A stretch of 64,000 nt of DNA from Ranitomeya imitator. Lineage: Eukaryota. The translations under genes and the position numbers were made by a program. This document shows positions 26,451 to 38,309 of the stretch, piece after piece (the first letter of the stretch is position 1; each line of letters starts with the position of its first letter). The stretch lies in NCBI RefSeq assembly GCF_032444005.1, contig NC_091285.1, positions 268,956,001 through 269,020,000 of the forward strand. Direction: 5' to 3'. The notes beneath the pieces are model-generated. The model did no database searches. It was given only the letters and a program-made list of their open reading frames with translations, and was not told the origin of the DNA.

Positions 26451-26790
26451 ATGGATAAGAAAAAGATAGAGACCGCGCATAAGGGGAAAACACTAGGAAA
26501 AAAGGAGGGAATGTGTAAAACCACAGTATATAGAGTCACACAGTGGACCCAAAAAATCACCTGAATCGCTGTGAGTCCCCCTAGTCAGGAAAACAGCAAC
26601 CCAAAAAGAGCCCAGTTAAAGTACTGACGCCACGGTGGAAACACATAGACAGCAGTGCGCCGGACTCAAATGAAACCAGCAAGGCCCCCAACCATATACT
26701 AAAACAGTACCTGTAACTCCTGCAAGTTATTAGATGTGCCGAGCAGTGTGGCTGTATGATGGATCAGGGTGAGGCGCCGCTGTGGCACCC

Positions 26791-29498
26791 CTGTGTCATC
26801 TACAGCCCCCCAGAACTAGCCATCTCCACCTTTCTTGACCACTTCACCACCTGGCTACTTCATTTCCTCTCAGCCGACATCCCCACTATCATCATGGGTG
26901 ACTTCAATATCCCCATTGACACCTCCATCTCAGCCTCCTCCAAGCTTTTATTGCTCACTGTCTCCTTTGGTCTCACTCAATGGTCATCTGCAGCCACCCA
27001 TAAAGATAGCCACACATTGGACCTCATTTTCACCCACCTCTGTTCCCTTACTAATCTCACTAACTCACCCCTCCCCCTGTCTGACCACAACCTACTGACA
27101 TTTTCTTCCCTCTCCCCTCTTAGTGCGCAACCTCCACTCCACAAACTCACTCACCCTTGCAGAAACCTCAAACACCTCAATTTACACTCACTGTCTGAGT
27201 CCCTTCTCCCTCTTACAGACATAGCTTCCTTCCATGACAGATGCTGCTGTCACTTTTTATAACGCAACAATAACAGCAACACTCGATTTGACCTCCCGGC
27301 TCATGCACAGCAAAACTCGTAGAATCAACAGGCAGCCCTGGCTAACCAGCCTGAACAAAGAACTGAGACAGACTTCCAGGGTCGCTGAATGGAGATGGAA
27401 GAGATCACGTTCTGCTGAGCGCTTCACTGCATACAAGGAGTCCCTCGCCAGCTTCAAGTCCATGCTCAGTGCCACAAAACAAAGTTACTTCTCATCTCTC
27501 ATATCCTCCCTGACTCACAACCCTAAACAACTCTTCAACACTTTCAATTATCTACTCCGTCCCCCATCATCTCCTCCCTCCCCTCTTATTTCTGCTGAAG
27601 AATTTGCCTCTTTCTTTAAGCAGAAGATCGACAACATCAGACAAAGCTTTGACCCGCAGCCCCCACTGCCCCTCCTCTTGACTTCTGAGCCCTGTTCAAA
27701 AACCAGCTTCTCCAACATAACAGATGATCAGCTCAACATCCTTCTGTCAAGATCACATCTCACCACTTGCACGCTTGACCCGCTCCCATCCCACCTCATC
27801 CCTAGCCTCGCAAAAGTCTTCATCCCAACCCTAACACAACTCTTCAACCTCTCACAAACGGTGTCTTCCCCTCATCCTTCAAACACGCATCAATCACACC
27901 TATCCTCAAAAAACCCTCCATCGACCCATCCTCTGTGTCCAACTATCGCCCGATATCCCTTATCCCTTATGCCTCAAAACTACTGGAACAGCATGTCCAT
28001 CTTGAACTGTCCTCCCATCTCTCCTCCTGCTCCCTCTTTGACCGGTTACAATCTGGCTTCCAACCACATCACTCAACTGAAACTGCCCTAACTAAAGTGA
28101 CCAATGACCTACTAACCGCCAAGAGCATGCGACACTACTCTGTATTCCTCGTCCTGAACCTGTCTTCTGCCTTCGGTACTGTGGACCACTCCCTCCTGTT
28201 ACAGATTCTCTCATCTCTTGGCATCACAGACTTGGCCCTATCCTGGATCTCATCATATCTAACAGACCGGACATTGAGTGTTTCCCTCTCCCACACCACC
28301 TCCTCATCTCGCCCCCTGGCTGTCGGTGTTTCCCAAGGCTCAGTTCTAGGACCCCTACTCTTCTCCATCTACACCTTCGGCCTGGGACAGCTCATAGAAT
28401 CCCACGGTTTACAATATACAATATCATCTCTACGCTGATAACACGCAGATCTACCTATCTGGACCCGACCTCACTTCCTTACTGACCAAAATCCCATAAT
28501 GTCTGTCTGCTATTTCAGCCTTCTTTTCTGCTTGTTTTCTAAACTGAACATGGACAAAACAGAATTCATCATCTTTCCCCTACCTCACTCTACCCCTCCA
28601 CCTGACCTATTTATCAATGTCAATGGCTGCTCACTTTCCCCGGTCCCACACGCTCGGTGCCTCAGGGTGATCCTTGACTCTACCCTCTCTTTCAAGCCAC
28701 ATATCTAAGCCCTTGCCTCCTCTTTCCGATTCCAACTCAAATACATTTCCTGGATCCGTGCATTCCTTGACCATGAAACCACAAAAACACTAGTACATGC
28801 CCTTATCATCTCCCGCCTTGACTACTGCAACCTCCTACTCTCTGGCCTCCCCTCTAGCACTCTGGCACCACTCCAATCCATCTTAAACTCTGCTGCCCAA
28901 CTAATCCACCTGTCTCCCCGTTACTCCCCAGCCTCTCCTCTCTGCCAGGCCCTTCACTGGCTTCCTATTGCCCAGAGGCTACAGTTCAAAATACTAACAA
29001 TGACATGCAAAGCCATTCACAACCTGACTCCTCCATACATCTGTGACATGGTCTCCCGGTACCTACCTACACGCAACCTTTGATCGTCTCATGATCTCCT
29101 TCTCTTCTCCTCTCTCATCTCTTCCTTCCACAACCGCATCAAAGACTTCTCCCGTGCTTCCCTTATACCCTGGAACTCTCTACCCCAACACATCAGTCTC
29201 TCGCCTACCACGGAAACCTTCAAAAAGAACCTGAAGACCCACCTCTTCCGACAAGCCTACAACCAGAAGTGATTCCCAGTCTACTGAACCGCTGCATGAC
29301 CAGCTCTACCCTCTCCTAGTGTATCTTCACCCATCCCCTGTAGACTGTGAGCCCTCGCGGGCAGGGTCCTCTCTCCTCCTGTACTTGTGTGTGCCTTGTT
29401 TTTCTCATATTTATTGTACTTGTCTATATTTGCCCCATTCACATGTAAAGCGCCATGGAATAAATGGCGCTATAAAAATGTATAATAATAATAATAAT
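26791..29498 (+). mobile_element. 5'-truncated L2-clade LINE, frameshifted
   Basis: APE motif IMGDFNI; RT motifs NYRPISL, QSGFQPHHSTETAL, GVSQGSVLGPLLF, YADN; 3' stem-loop gcgccat-ggaataa-atggcgc and (AAT)n tail. Confidence 0.9.
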
Positions 29499-29646
29499 CC
29501 AGACCTCCATGGGATATTCATTTCGATTTACATTGATTATTTTTATGTTTTATTCTTCTCAACACATTCCACTATGTGATGAATAAAGATTTGCAACTGA
29601 AATATTTCATTCAGTGATATCAAGGATATGGTATTTTAGAGTTCCT

Positions 29647-29908
29647 TTATTTTTTTGAGCAGTGTATATATACCTGATCCCCAACGTGAGATGTAGAGTG
29701 TGTGATCATGTAAGGAGGACTGGGAAAATATTCTCCATGTTTAGAGGGTGAAAATAGCCCAATGGAATTCTGGAATGCCGAATCGACATTCGGATTGGAA
29801 AGGTGATCATCTTGCATGTTGTCTTCGTTTTCAGAATCCGGGCTGATAGCTGTAGGAATTTCTTCCTCTTTACAATGCTGATCTGCCTTCAAGTACAGAT
29901 CTTCCTTG
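29647..29908 (-). pseudogene. 3' part of an anuran zinc-finger-gene retrocopy
   Basis: KEDLYLKADQHCKEEEIPTAISPD...ITHSTSHVGDQVYIHCS resembles the spacer of frog oocyte/gastrula zinc-finger proteins (DQQCKEEEIPTDIS ... THST.H). Confidence 0.65.
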
Positions 29909-30036
29909 NNNNNNNNNNNNNNNNNNNNNNNNNNNNNNNNNNNNNNNNNNNNNNNNNNNNNNNNNNNNNNNNNNNNNNNNNNNNNNNNNNNNNNNNNNNN
30001 NNNNNNNNNNNNNNNNNNNNNNNNNNNNNNNNNNNN
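29909..30036. other. Assembly gap (128 N)
   Basis: Run of n; probably hides the Helitron 5' end. Confidence 0.99.
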
Positions 30037-31657
30037 GCTACAGCCACAAAATTTTGCACAGTCACACGTCTGGACCCCGAGAGCGTCATAGGCTATGTTG
30101 TATATACCGTACAGTTGCTAAGGTGGGGCCCATCATGGGATATTCACCACACACGGGGATATGAGCACACACACAAAATGCGACACAAACTACCACGTAC
30201 GTGCTTGAACACATATACCACCCTCAGCACACATTTCACCACACATACACCAACCTCGCCACATAAAAGTCAAAACTCAAAAGTCGCCACTCAAAACTCG
30301 TCACGCGTAATATTCGCCACATGCAAAACTAGGCTCACGCAAAACTAGACTAACAGGGCATCTTTATGGCTTTCCACTGTCTTGAGAGTTTATGAGGCAT
30401 GGGATCCTTCTTGAGTTCGCTGTATCTGCGGTATGAATGGTAATGTATTTTTGTTGGTGCATGACTGGCTTCATGGTAACCTTAGGAGGAATTTTTTTCA
30501 GGGGTTGTGTAACGGATTTTTTTTTTTTATTCTTCCAAATCGGCATTTAACCCATTATTGGTATGCTGTATATGATATATTTTCCCTGTTTAATAATTAA
30601 TAATTTACGGTTATAAATCCCTCTCCAATATTTGGTGCCAATCATCAACTATACTGCAATTGCTGCTGGAAAAATATATTTGAATTTTTCTATTACTCTG
30701 TACTCAACCTTTGGTACCCCATGGTCCTTTATATATATATTTTTCAGAATATTTGGTATTATGTAGCTAAATGATGTACAGATTTGGTTATAATCACACT
30801 GAGCGGCGTTAATGTTTTTTAATTGTTTTTATACGTCCATGTTGTAGGTTTTGGTGTGCAATTAAAATATTTTGTTACTTTGTTATAAGGTGATCCCTGC
30901 TTTTGTGTTAGTCTTCTTGTTCTTGGATTAGTGCAAAACTAGGCTCACGCAAATCTCGCCACACGTGCAAAACTCACTTCATGGATAACTCGCCACATGC
31001 AAAACTTGAACACGCAGAAAAATTGCCACATGCCCAAAAGTTGCAACACATGCAAAAGTTGCTTCACACAACACTTACACATACTCAAAACACACCACAC
31101 ATAAAACTCACCACACGCAAAACTTGCTGCACACAACTTGCTACACTAACCTGTCACATGCAACTCGACACATAAAAAGTTGCTACACGCATGTTGCCAC
31201 ACAAAACTCATCTCACAAAAGTCGCTACATGCATGTCACCACACGCAACTCAACACACACAACTTGACACTTGAAACTCACCCTAAAACACACACAAGTC
31301 TGGTATTATCCTTCAAAAATAAAAATCTGAATAATAAGCAGACAAACTACAAGAGCATCAAATGTACCATATAGGAAATACGGCAGCTGTCAGTCACATG
31401 ATCTGTATGATATGTATGTTTGAGCTAATATATACTGCCAGGGGGGAGGGCTTCCTGTTGGCTGGGGATTTATCAGGCTGCCAATAGCAACCAAACACAG
31501 CTCAGCTTCTATTTTGCTGCAGTTAATTAATCTGAGCTCTGATTGGTTAATATAGGCAACAAAGGAAATTCTCAGTATAACAAAGCTTGTGTGAGGTAAT
31601 AGCATGTCAGTTAGGGTGTGTTGGTGGAAAGGCTGATGTCAGTCACATTACCTCTAT

Positions 31658-34626
31658 GTGAGAGGATATGAAAAATGTGAAGACCGAGAAACAAGGCTGA
31701 CACACATGAGAACAGCAGCTGCTTCCTCAAGAGCCAATGAACTTTCTGAGCAGTGGGAAGCGAGGCTTGCAGACAAGAGAACAAGAGCTGGTTCCTCAAG
31801 GGCCAATGAACTTTCTGAGGAGAGGGAAGCGAGGCTTGCAGACATGAAAACGAGAGCTGCTTCCTCAAGAGCCAATGAACTTTCTAAGGAGAGGGAAGCA
31901 AGGCTTCAAGACATGAAAACAAGAGCTGCTTCCTCAAGGGCCAATGAACTTTCAGAGGAGAGGGAAGCGAGGCTTGCAGACATGAAAACAGGAGTTGCTT
32001 CCTCAAGGGCCAATGAACTTTCTGAGTTGAGAGAAGCGAGGCATGCAGATAAGAGAAAAGCTGCTTACTCAAGGGCCAATGAGTCATCTCAGCAGAGAGA
32101 AGGCCGGTTTGCCACTAATAGAATTGCTATTTCTTCCACCAGGGCATAGGAACTGGTTGGAGATTTGAAACGTGCTGCTTTTTGTTACCAGTCAGACATA
32201 AACTATCAGCATAATCCTAAAGTTCAGATAGGAAAATTGGATGTGGTCTGCATGTACTGCAGTGCCCTGAAATGGAAAGAGGAACTGCCAGGTTTATGCT
32301 GTGCAAATGGCAAGATAAAACTTCCACCTCTCCTGTCACCACCAGATCCCCTAAAGTCTCTGATGACAGGTACCAGTACAATATCAAAGCATTTCTTGGA
32401 CAACATCAGGAAGTGCAACTCCTGCTTCCAAATTACATCATTTGGTGCAACAAAAGAAATGTTTATAACAGGATTTATGCCGACATTTAAAGTTCAAGGA
32501 CAGGTTTACCACTCAATTGGCTCAACCACTGGACAGATTACCTTCCCAAGCAACTTTTATTGCATCGTGACTTCCATTGAGGAGTTGAAAACAAAGGTTC
32601 TTCCAAATATTCAACTCCACTTCAAAAATTCTGGCTGCCTGTGTGAAAGGGCTATTCTAGCTCCCAAAAATGACAGTGTCAACAAGATCAATCTTCAAAT
32701 TCCAAATCTCCTTCCAGGTGTGTGCACAACCTACAAGTCAGTGGATACTGCTCAAACATTATTTTATCCATCTGAGATCCTCAATTCATTGGAGCCACAA
32801 GGACTTCATCCTCACAACCTCTTTCTAAAACCTGGAGCACCTATTCTGCTATTGAGAAATTTGGATCCACCAAAGCTGTGTAATGGAACAAGACTCTTGA
32901 TTAAGAACCTGTTTCCACATGTAATTGAGGCAACCATTTTGACAGGATGTGCCACAGGAGAAGATGTTTTCATTCCAACAATTCCTCTCATTCAATCTGA
33001 TTTGCCTTTTGATTTTAAACGCCTCCAGTTTCCTGTTCGACTGGCATTTGCTATGTCCATGAACAAGGCTCAGGGACAGTCCTTGAAAGTAGTTGGAATT
33101 GATTTACAATCTCCCTGCTTTTCTCATGGTCAACTTTACAGTGGGGCAAAAAAGTATTTAGTCAGTCAGCAATAGTGCAAGTTCCACCACTTAAAAAGTA
33201 CCTGTAGTAATGGCACCTGTTTGAACTTGTTATCAGTATAAAAAGACACCTGTGCACACCCTCAAACAGTCTGACTCCAAACTCCACTATGGTGAAGACC
33301 AAAGAGCTGTCAAAGGACACCAGAAACAAAATTGTAGCCCTGCACCAGGCTGGGAAGACTTAATCTGCAATAGCCAACCAGCTTGGAGTGAAGAAATCAA
33401 CAGTGGGAGCAATAATTAGAAAATGGAAGACATACAAGACCACTGATAATCTCCCTCGATCTGGGGCTCCAAGCAAAATCCCACCCCGTGGGGTCAGAAT
33501 GATCACAAGAACGGTGAGCAAAAATCCCAGAACCACGCGGGGGGACCTAGTCAATGAACTGCAGAGAGCTGGGACCAATGTAACAAGGCCTACCATAAGT
33601 AACACACTACGCCACCATGGACTCAGATCCTGCAGTGCCAGACGTGTCCCACTGCTTAAGCCAGTACATGTCCGGGCCCGTCTGAAGTTTGCTAGAGAGC
33701 ATTTGGATGATCCAGAGGAGTTTTGGGAGAATGTCCTATGGTCTGATGAAACCAAACTGGAACTGTTTGGTAGAAACACAACTTGTCGTGTTTGGAGGAA
33801 AAAGAATACTGAGTTGCATCCATCAAACACCATACCTACTGTAAAGCATGGTGGTGGAAACATCATGCTTTGGGGCTGTTTCTCTGCAAAGGGTCCAGGA
33901 CGACTGATCCGGGTACATGAAAAAATGAATGGGGCCATGTATCGTGAGATTTTGAGTGCAAACCTCCTTCCATCAGCAAGGGCATTGAAGATGAAACGTG
34001 GCTGGGTCTTTCAACATGACAATGATCCAAAGCACACCGCCAGGGCAACGAAGGAGTGGCTTCGTAAGAAGCATTTCAAGGTCCTGGAGTGGCCTAGCCA
34101 GTCTCCAGATCTCTACCCTATAGAAAACCTTTGGATGGAGTTGAAAGACTGTGTTGCCAAGCGAAAAGCCAAAAACATCACTGCTCTAGAGGAGATCTGC
34201 ATGGAGGAATGGGCCAACATACCAACAACAGTGTGTGGCAACCTTGTGAAGACTTACAGAAAACGTTTGACCTCTGTCATTGCCAACAAAGGATATATTA
34301 CAAAGTATTGAGATGAAATTTTGTTTCTGACCAAATACTTATTTTCCACCATAATATGCAAATAAAATGTTAAAAAAACAGACAATGTGATTTTCTGGAT
34401 TTTTTTTTCTCAGTTTGTCTCCCATAGTTGAGGTCTACCTGTGATGTAAATTACAGACGCCTCTCATCTTCTTAAGTGGTGGAACTTGCACTATTGCTGA
34501 CTGACTAAATACTTTTTTGCCCCACTGTATGTGGCCTGTTCAAGAGTTGGAACAGCCAAAAATCTGTTGGTCTTTGCACCTGAAGGAAAAACTAAGAATG
34601 TCGTTTATCAAAAGGCTCTCGAATAA
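31658..34626 (+). pseudogene. Helitron RepHel remnant (N-terminal repeats, Cys cluster, PIF1-helicase C-terminus), split by Tc1 at 33139-34527
   Basis: In-frame TAG at 32147; CMYCSALKW..LCCANG; RAILAPKN, LRNLDPPKLCNGTRL, QFPVRLAFAMSMNKAQGQS, FSHGQLY|VACSRV...YQKALE*. No HUH Rep domain present. Confidence 0.88.
33139..34527 (+). mobile_element. Tc1 family A second copy, damaged
   Basis: TA-flanked, same TIRs, deletion of about 220 bp in the left IR, nonsense TAA at 33361. Confidence 0.95.
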
Positions 34627-34864
34627 GTAGTAGAAGATTACTTCACATTACTTGGCCAATTTAGTTAAATCTGTGTGGAATATCTCTGGTGTTGAAATAT
34701 ATGTTGTGAAATGCTTCTATTAGCTTAGTTTTTGCCTTTTAATAATTACATTTCTATCTATTTGTTTTGTGGTTTTTGTGTGCAGAATAAATTTTTGTTA
34801 ACACATTCTATTTTGCTAAGAGCAGTTATTAGCCCGGGCGAAGCCGCGTAGTACAGCTAGTATA

Positions 34865-35330
34865 CTATGCAACTGCAACTTTTACGTCGGCCAGATCAGA
34901 AGTCTGGGATTCTTCTGTAACCACTTTGGTATCTTCAGTACAACCATTTGGATAAAGAGAACTGTGACATTTCAATGGTAAGTTTCTGCAGCCATCTACA
35001 GACTTCAGCGTATAACACTTTTCCACCTTTTTCTCCTTATAGAAATCTATTTGGTTTTCTGAACAATCTTCTCCTGTCAGCAGCTCAAGGATCTTGTTGG
35101 TGAGGTCCAGGATCTTCTGCACATTGTTTTTCTCACGTATCAGTGACTGATGAGATGTGGTAATATCTTTTTTCTTAGGCACATAGTTCTCTCCCCTTCC
35201 ATACTGAAGCCTCAGAAAAAGGACCGTGTTTGTGATGCACGGAGTGAGTATGATGACAGCTTCCTGACTTCCCCAGCTCAGGGTCCAGGCCTGCACAGCT
35301 CCAGCTCTCCATTCTCACAGATGTGACAAA
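34865..35330 (-). pseudogene. 5' part of an anuran zinc-finger-gene retrocopy (KRAB/FAX-like N-terminus)
   Basis: GENYVPKKK...HQSLIREKNNVQKILDLTNKILELLTGE...DFYKE...VDG..LPLKCHSSLYPNGCTED...SQTSDLADVKV. Contiguous across positions where this family usually has introns. Confidence 0.7.
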
Positions 35331-35581
35331 GCCTCAGCACCCTTGTGAAGGTACATACAACATTTGAACATATTTTATTGCATTTTTTTTAGCAAGATGT
35401 GATGAAGGAAAAACTACAATTCTGGCATTTTAAAAAAAAATTTCACTTTACCGAATTTACCACATAGTTTAATACATTTTATATTTTGATAAAATTGACT
35501 TTTGAGACTGTAATAATATTAAATGGATTCAGTTTTAAATGTATTTATTTTTCATGGGGGAAATAGAGGCAATTTGAACTT

Positions 35582-35585
<4 letters not shown>

Positions 35586-35633
<48 letters not shown>
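35586..35633. repeat. (TA)n microsatellite
   Basis: About 23 TA units. Confidence 0.95.
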
Positions 35634-35636
<3 letters not shown>

Positions 35637-35770
35637 CAAAAAAGTGAGAGCAACACAGAAAAGAAAAACAAAAATCAGGGTGCAAGGCCTCTCAGGCATG
35701 TACCAAACCTTGTCATAGAAGTCCAAAAATCTGCTTTGCTGCCTCTGATTTTTGGACTTATATATATATA

Positions 35771-37505
35771 CTAGATGGTGGCCCGATTCTAACGCATTGG
35801 GTATTCTAGAATATGCATGTCCACGTAGTATATTGCACAGGCCACGTAGTATATTGCCCAGCCACGTAGTATATTGCCCAGTCACGTAGTATATTGCACA
35901 GCCCACGTAGTATATTGCCCAGCCACGTAGTATATTGCCCAGCCACGTAGTATATTGCCCAGTCACGCAGTATATTGCCCAGCCACGTAGTATATTGCAC
36001 AGCCCACGAAGTATATTGCCCAGCCACAAAATATATTGCCCAACTACATAATATATATTGCACAGTCACGTAGTATATTGCCCAGCCACGTAGTATATTG
36101 CCCAGCCACATAGTATATTGCACAGCCCACGTAGTATATTGCCCAGCCACGTAGTATATTGCCCAACCACATAGTATATTGCCCAGTGACGTAGTATATT
36201 GCAGTCACGTAGTATATTGCCCAGCCACGTAGTATATTGCCCAGCCATGTAGTATATTGCCCAGCGACGTAGTATATTGCCCAGTGACGTAGTATATTGC
36301 CCAGTCATGTAGTATATTGCCCAGCCACGAAGTATATTGCCCAGTGATGTAGTATATTGCTCAGGCACGTATATTGCCCAGGCACGTAGTATATTGGCCA
36401 GTGACGCAGTATATTGCCCAGTGACGTAGTATATTGCCCAGTCACGTAGTATATTGCACAGTCACGTAGTATATTGCCCAGTGACGTAGTATACAGCACA
36501 GAGCCACGTAGTATATTGCACAGCGACCTAGTATACAGCACAGAGCCACGTAGTATATTGCCCAGCCATGTAGTATATTGCCCAGCTACGTAGTATATTG
36601 CCCAGCCACGTAGTATATTGCCCAGTCATGTAGTATATTGCTCAGCCACATAGTATATTGCCCAGCTACGTAGTATATTGTCCAGCCACGTACTGTATGT
36701 CACAGGTTAAAAAATAAAAAATAAACATATACTCACCTTCCGAGGGCCCCTTGTAGTTCGGTCACATGACCATGACGTCATGGAAGGTCCTTCTCGCACA
36801 GGCGTGCAGGACCTGTGATGACGTTGCGGTCACATGACTGCGACATCATCACAGGCCCTGCGCGCCTGCGTGAGAAGGAGCTGCCATGATGTCACGGTCA
36901 TGTGACCGCGATGTCATCACAGGCCCTGCGCGCCTGCGTCATGGCAGGTCCTTCTCGCGCAGGCGCGCAGGGCCTGTGATGATGTCGCGGTCACATGACT
37001 GTGACGTCATGGCAGGTCCTTCTCCCATGCTATCCTTGGCACCGAAACCTGCCGCTTGCATGGAGCGGTCACCGGAGCATCGCAAAAGGTGAGTATATAA
37101 TGATTTTTTTTTTTTTTTAAATCATTTTTAACATTAGATGTTTTTACTATTGACGCTGCATAGACAGCATCAATAGTAAAAACTTGGTCACACAGGGTTA
37201 ATAGCGGCGGTAATGGAGTGAGTTACCCGTGGCATAACGCGGTCCGTTACCGCTGGCATTAACCCTGTGTGAGCGGTGACTGCGGGGAGTATGGAGCGGG
37301 CACCGGGCGCTGACTGCAGGGGAGGGACTAGTCGGACTGGGGCAATCGCTGATTGGTCGCGACAGCCATGACAGGCAGCTGGCGAGACCAATCAGCGACT
37401 TGGATTCCATGACAGACAGAGGCCGTGACCAATGAATATCCGTGACAGACAGACAGACAGAAGGACAGAAAGACGGAAGTGACCCTTAGACAATTATATA
37501 GTAGA
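35771..37505 (-). mobile_element. Non-autonomous Helitron
   Basis: Minus strand A|TCTACTATATAATTGTC ... CCCAATGCGTTAGAATCGGG-ccaccat-CTAG|T. Confidence 0.88.
35821..36690. repeat. 20-bp minisatellite (CCACGTAGTATATTGCCCAG), about 40 copies
   Basis: Period of 20 read directly, with 21-22 bp variants. Confidence 0.95.
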
Positions 37506-38309
37506 TATATTTGTATATATATACATATATATATATATATTTTTTTTTTTTTTTGTAAAAACTTGTTTTACTTTAATTTTTATCCCGCCTAGCAAACTGA
37601 ACCTTGGACATTTGATCACTTGGATTTCGAACATAGATATCTTTGGCAATCCAATACATTCTTATAAAAAAAGAGTTAAAATTAAGTGACATGTACAATT
37701 TGTACATTTTCTACAACTGAGATTTTATCTTTTTGCTAAGAAGTAAAATCTGTTCAAAATGTTCACAAAATTCTGCAATAGATTTAATTTAAAAAAAAAC
37801 TAAACGTTAGTTAAAACCATAAAGTCGACATTAAGATGTAATTGGGCTTCGTGAATCGAAGACACTGAAGAGAAGGGTCATATTGAGGTGATTTGTTTAA
37901 TTAGACAGGTAAAAATGTAGCTCATTTAACATTTTGGGCCATATTCATCTATACACCTGCTCTACTGGAAAAGTGCAGAGCTATCAATCTACTAAATGAC
38001 AAGCCACAGGCAACAGGACTATTGGAACCTATCAGAAATTCAGGCTTCACATGCATAGAAATAGAGACATGGAGGATTATTCAATACTTCCCAAAACTAT
38101 ATTTAACTGTCAAATTAATAACTGTACTGCCTGAATCACTAAGAGAAGATCCCTTCACATCGGGGCATTAGAGTCATAAATTTATGACCATAGATAATCA
38201 TTGAAACGGATAACCAAACACTAATTGTATCCTGAAAAGTGTCAACCAGGATAGTGAGAAGTAATGAGTGCCCCAAACATAGGTCATACAACCTCCACAA
38301 ACACATATA

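Larger units (their letters stand above)
30037..34860 (+). mobile_element. Internally deleted Helitron (5' end in the gap)
   Basis: RepHel fragments; 3' end cccgggcgaagccgcgtagtacagCTAG|T. Confidence 0.88.

Noticed and set aside
26630-26665. CTGACG..GAAA hammerhead-like string
   Set aside because: A9 is missing and stem I is not convincing.
35535-36541. Several ORFs of 78-164 aa
   Set aside because: They are translations of the 20-bp minisatellite and the TA repeat.
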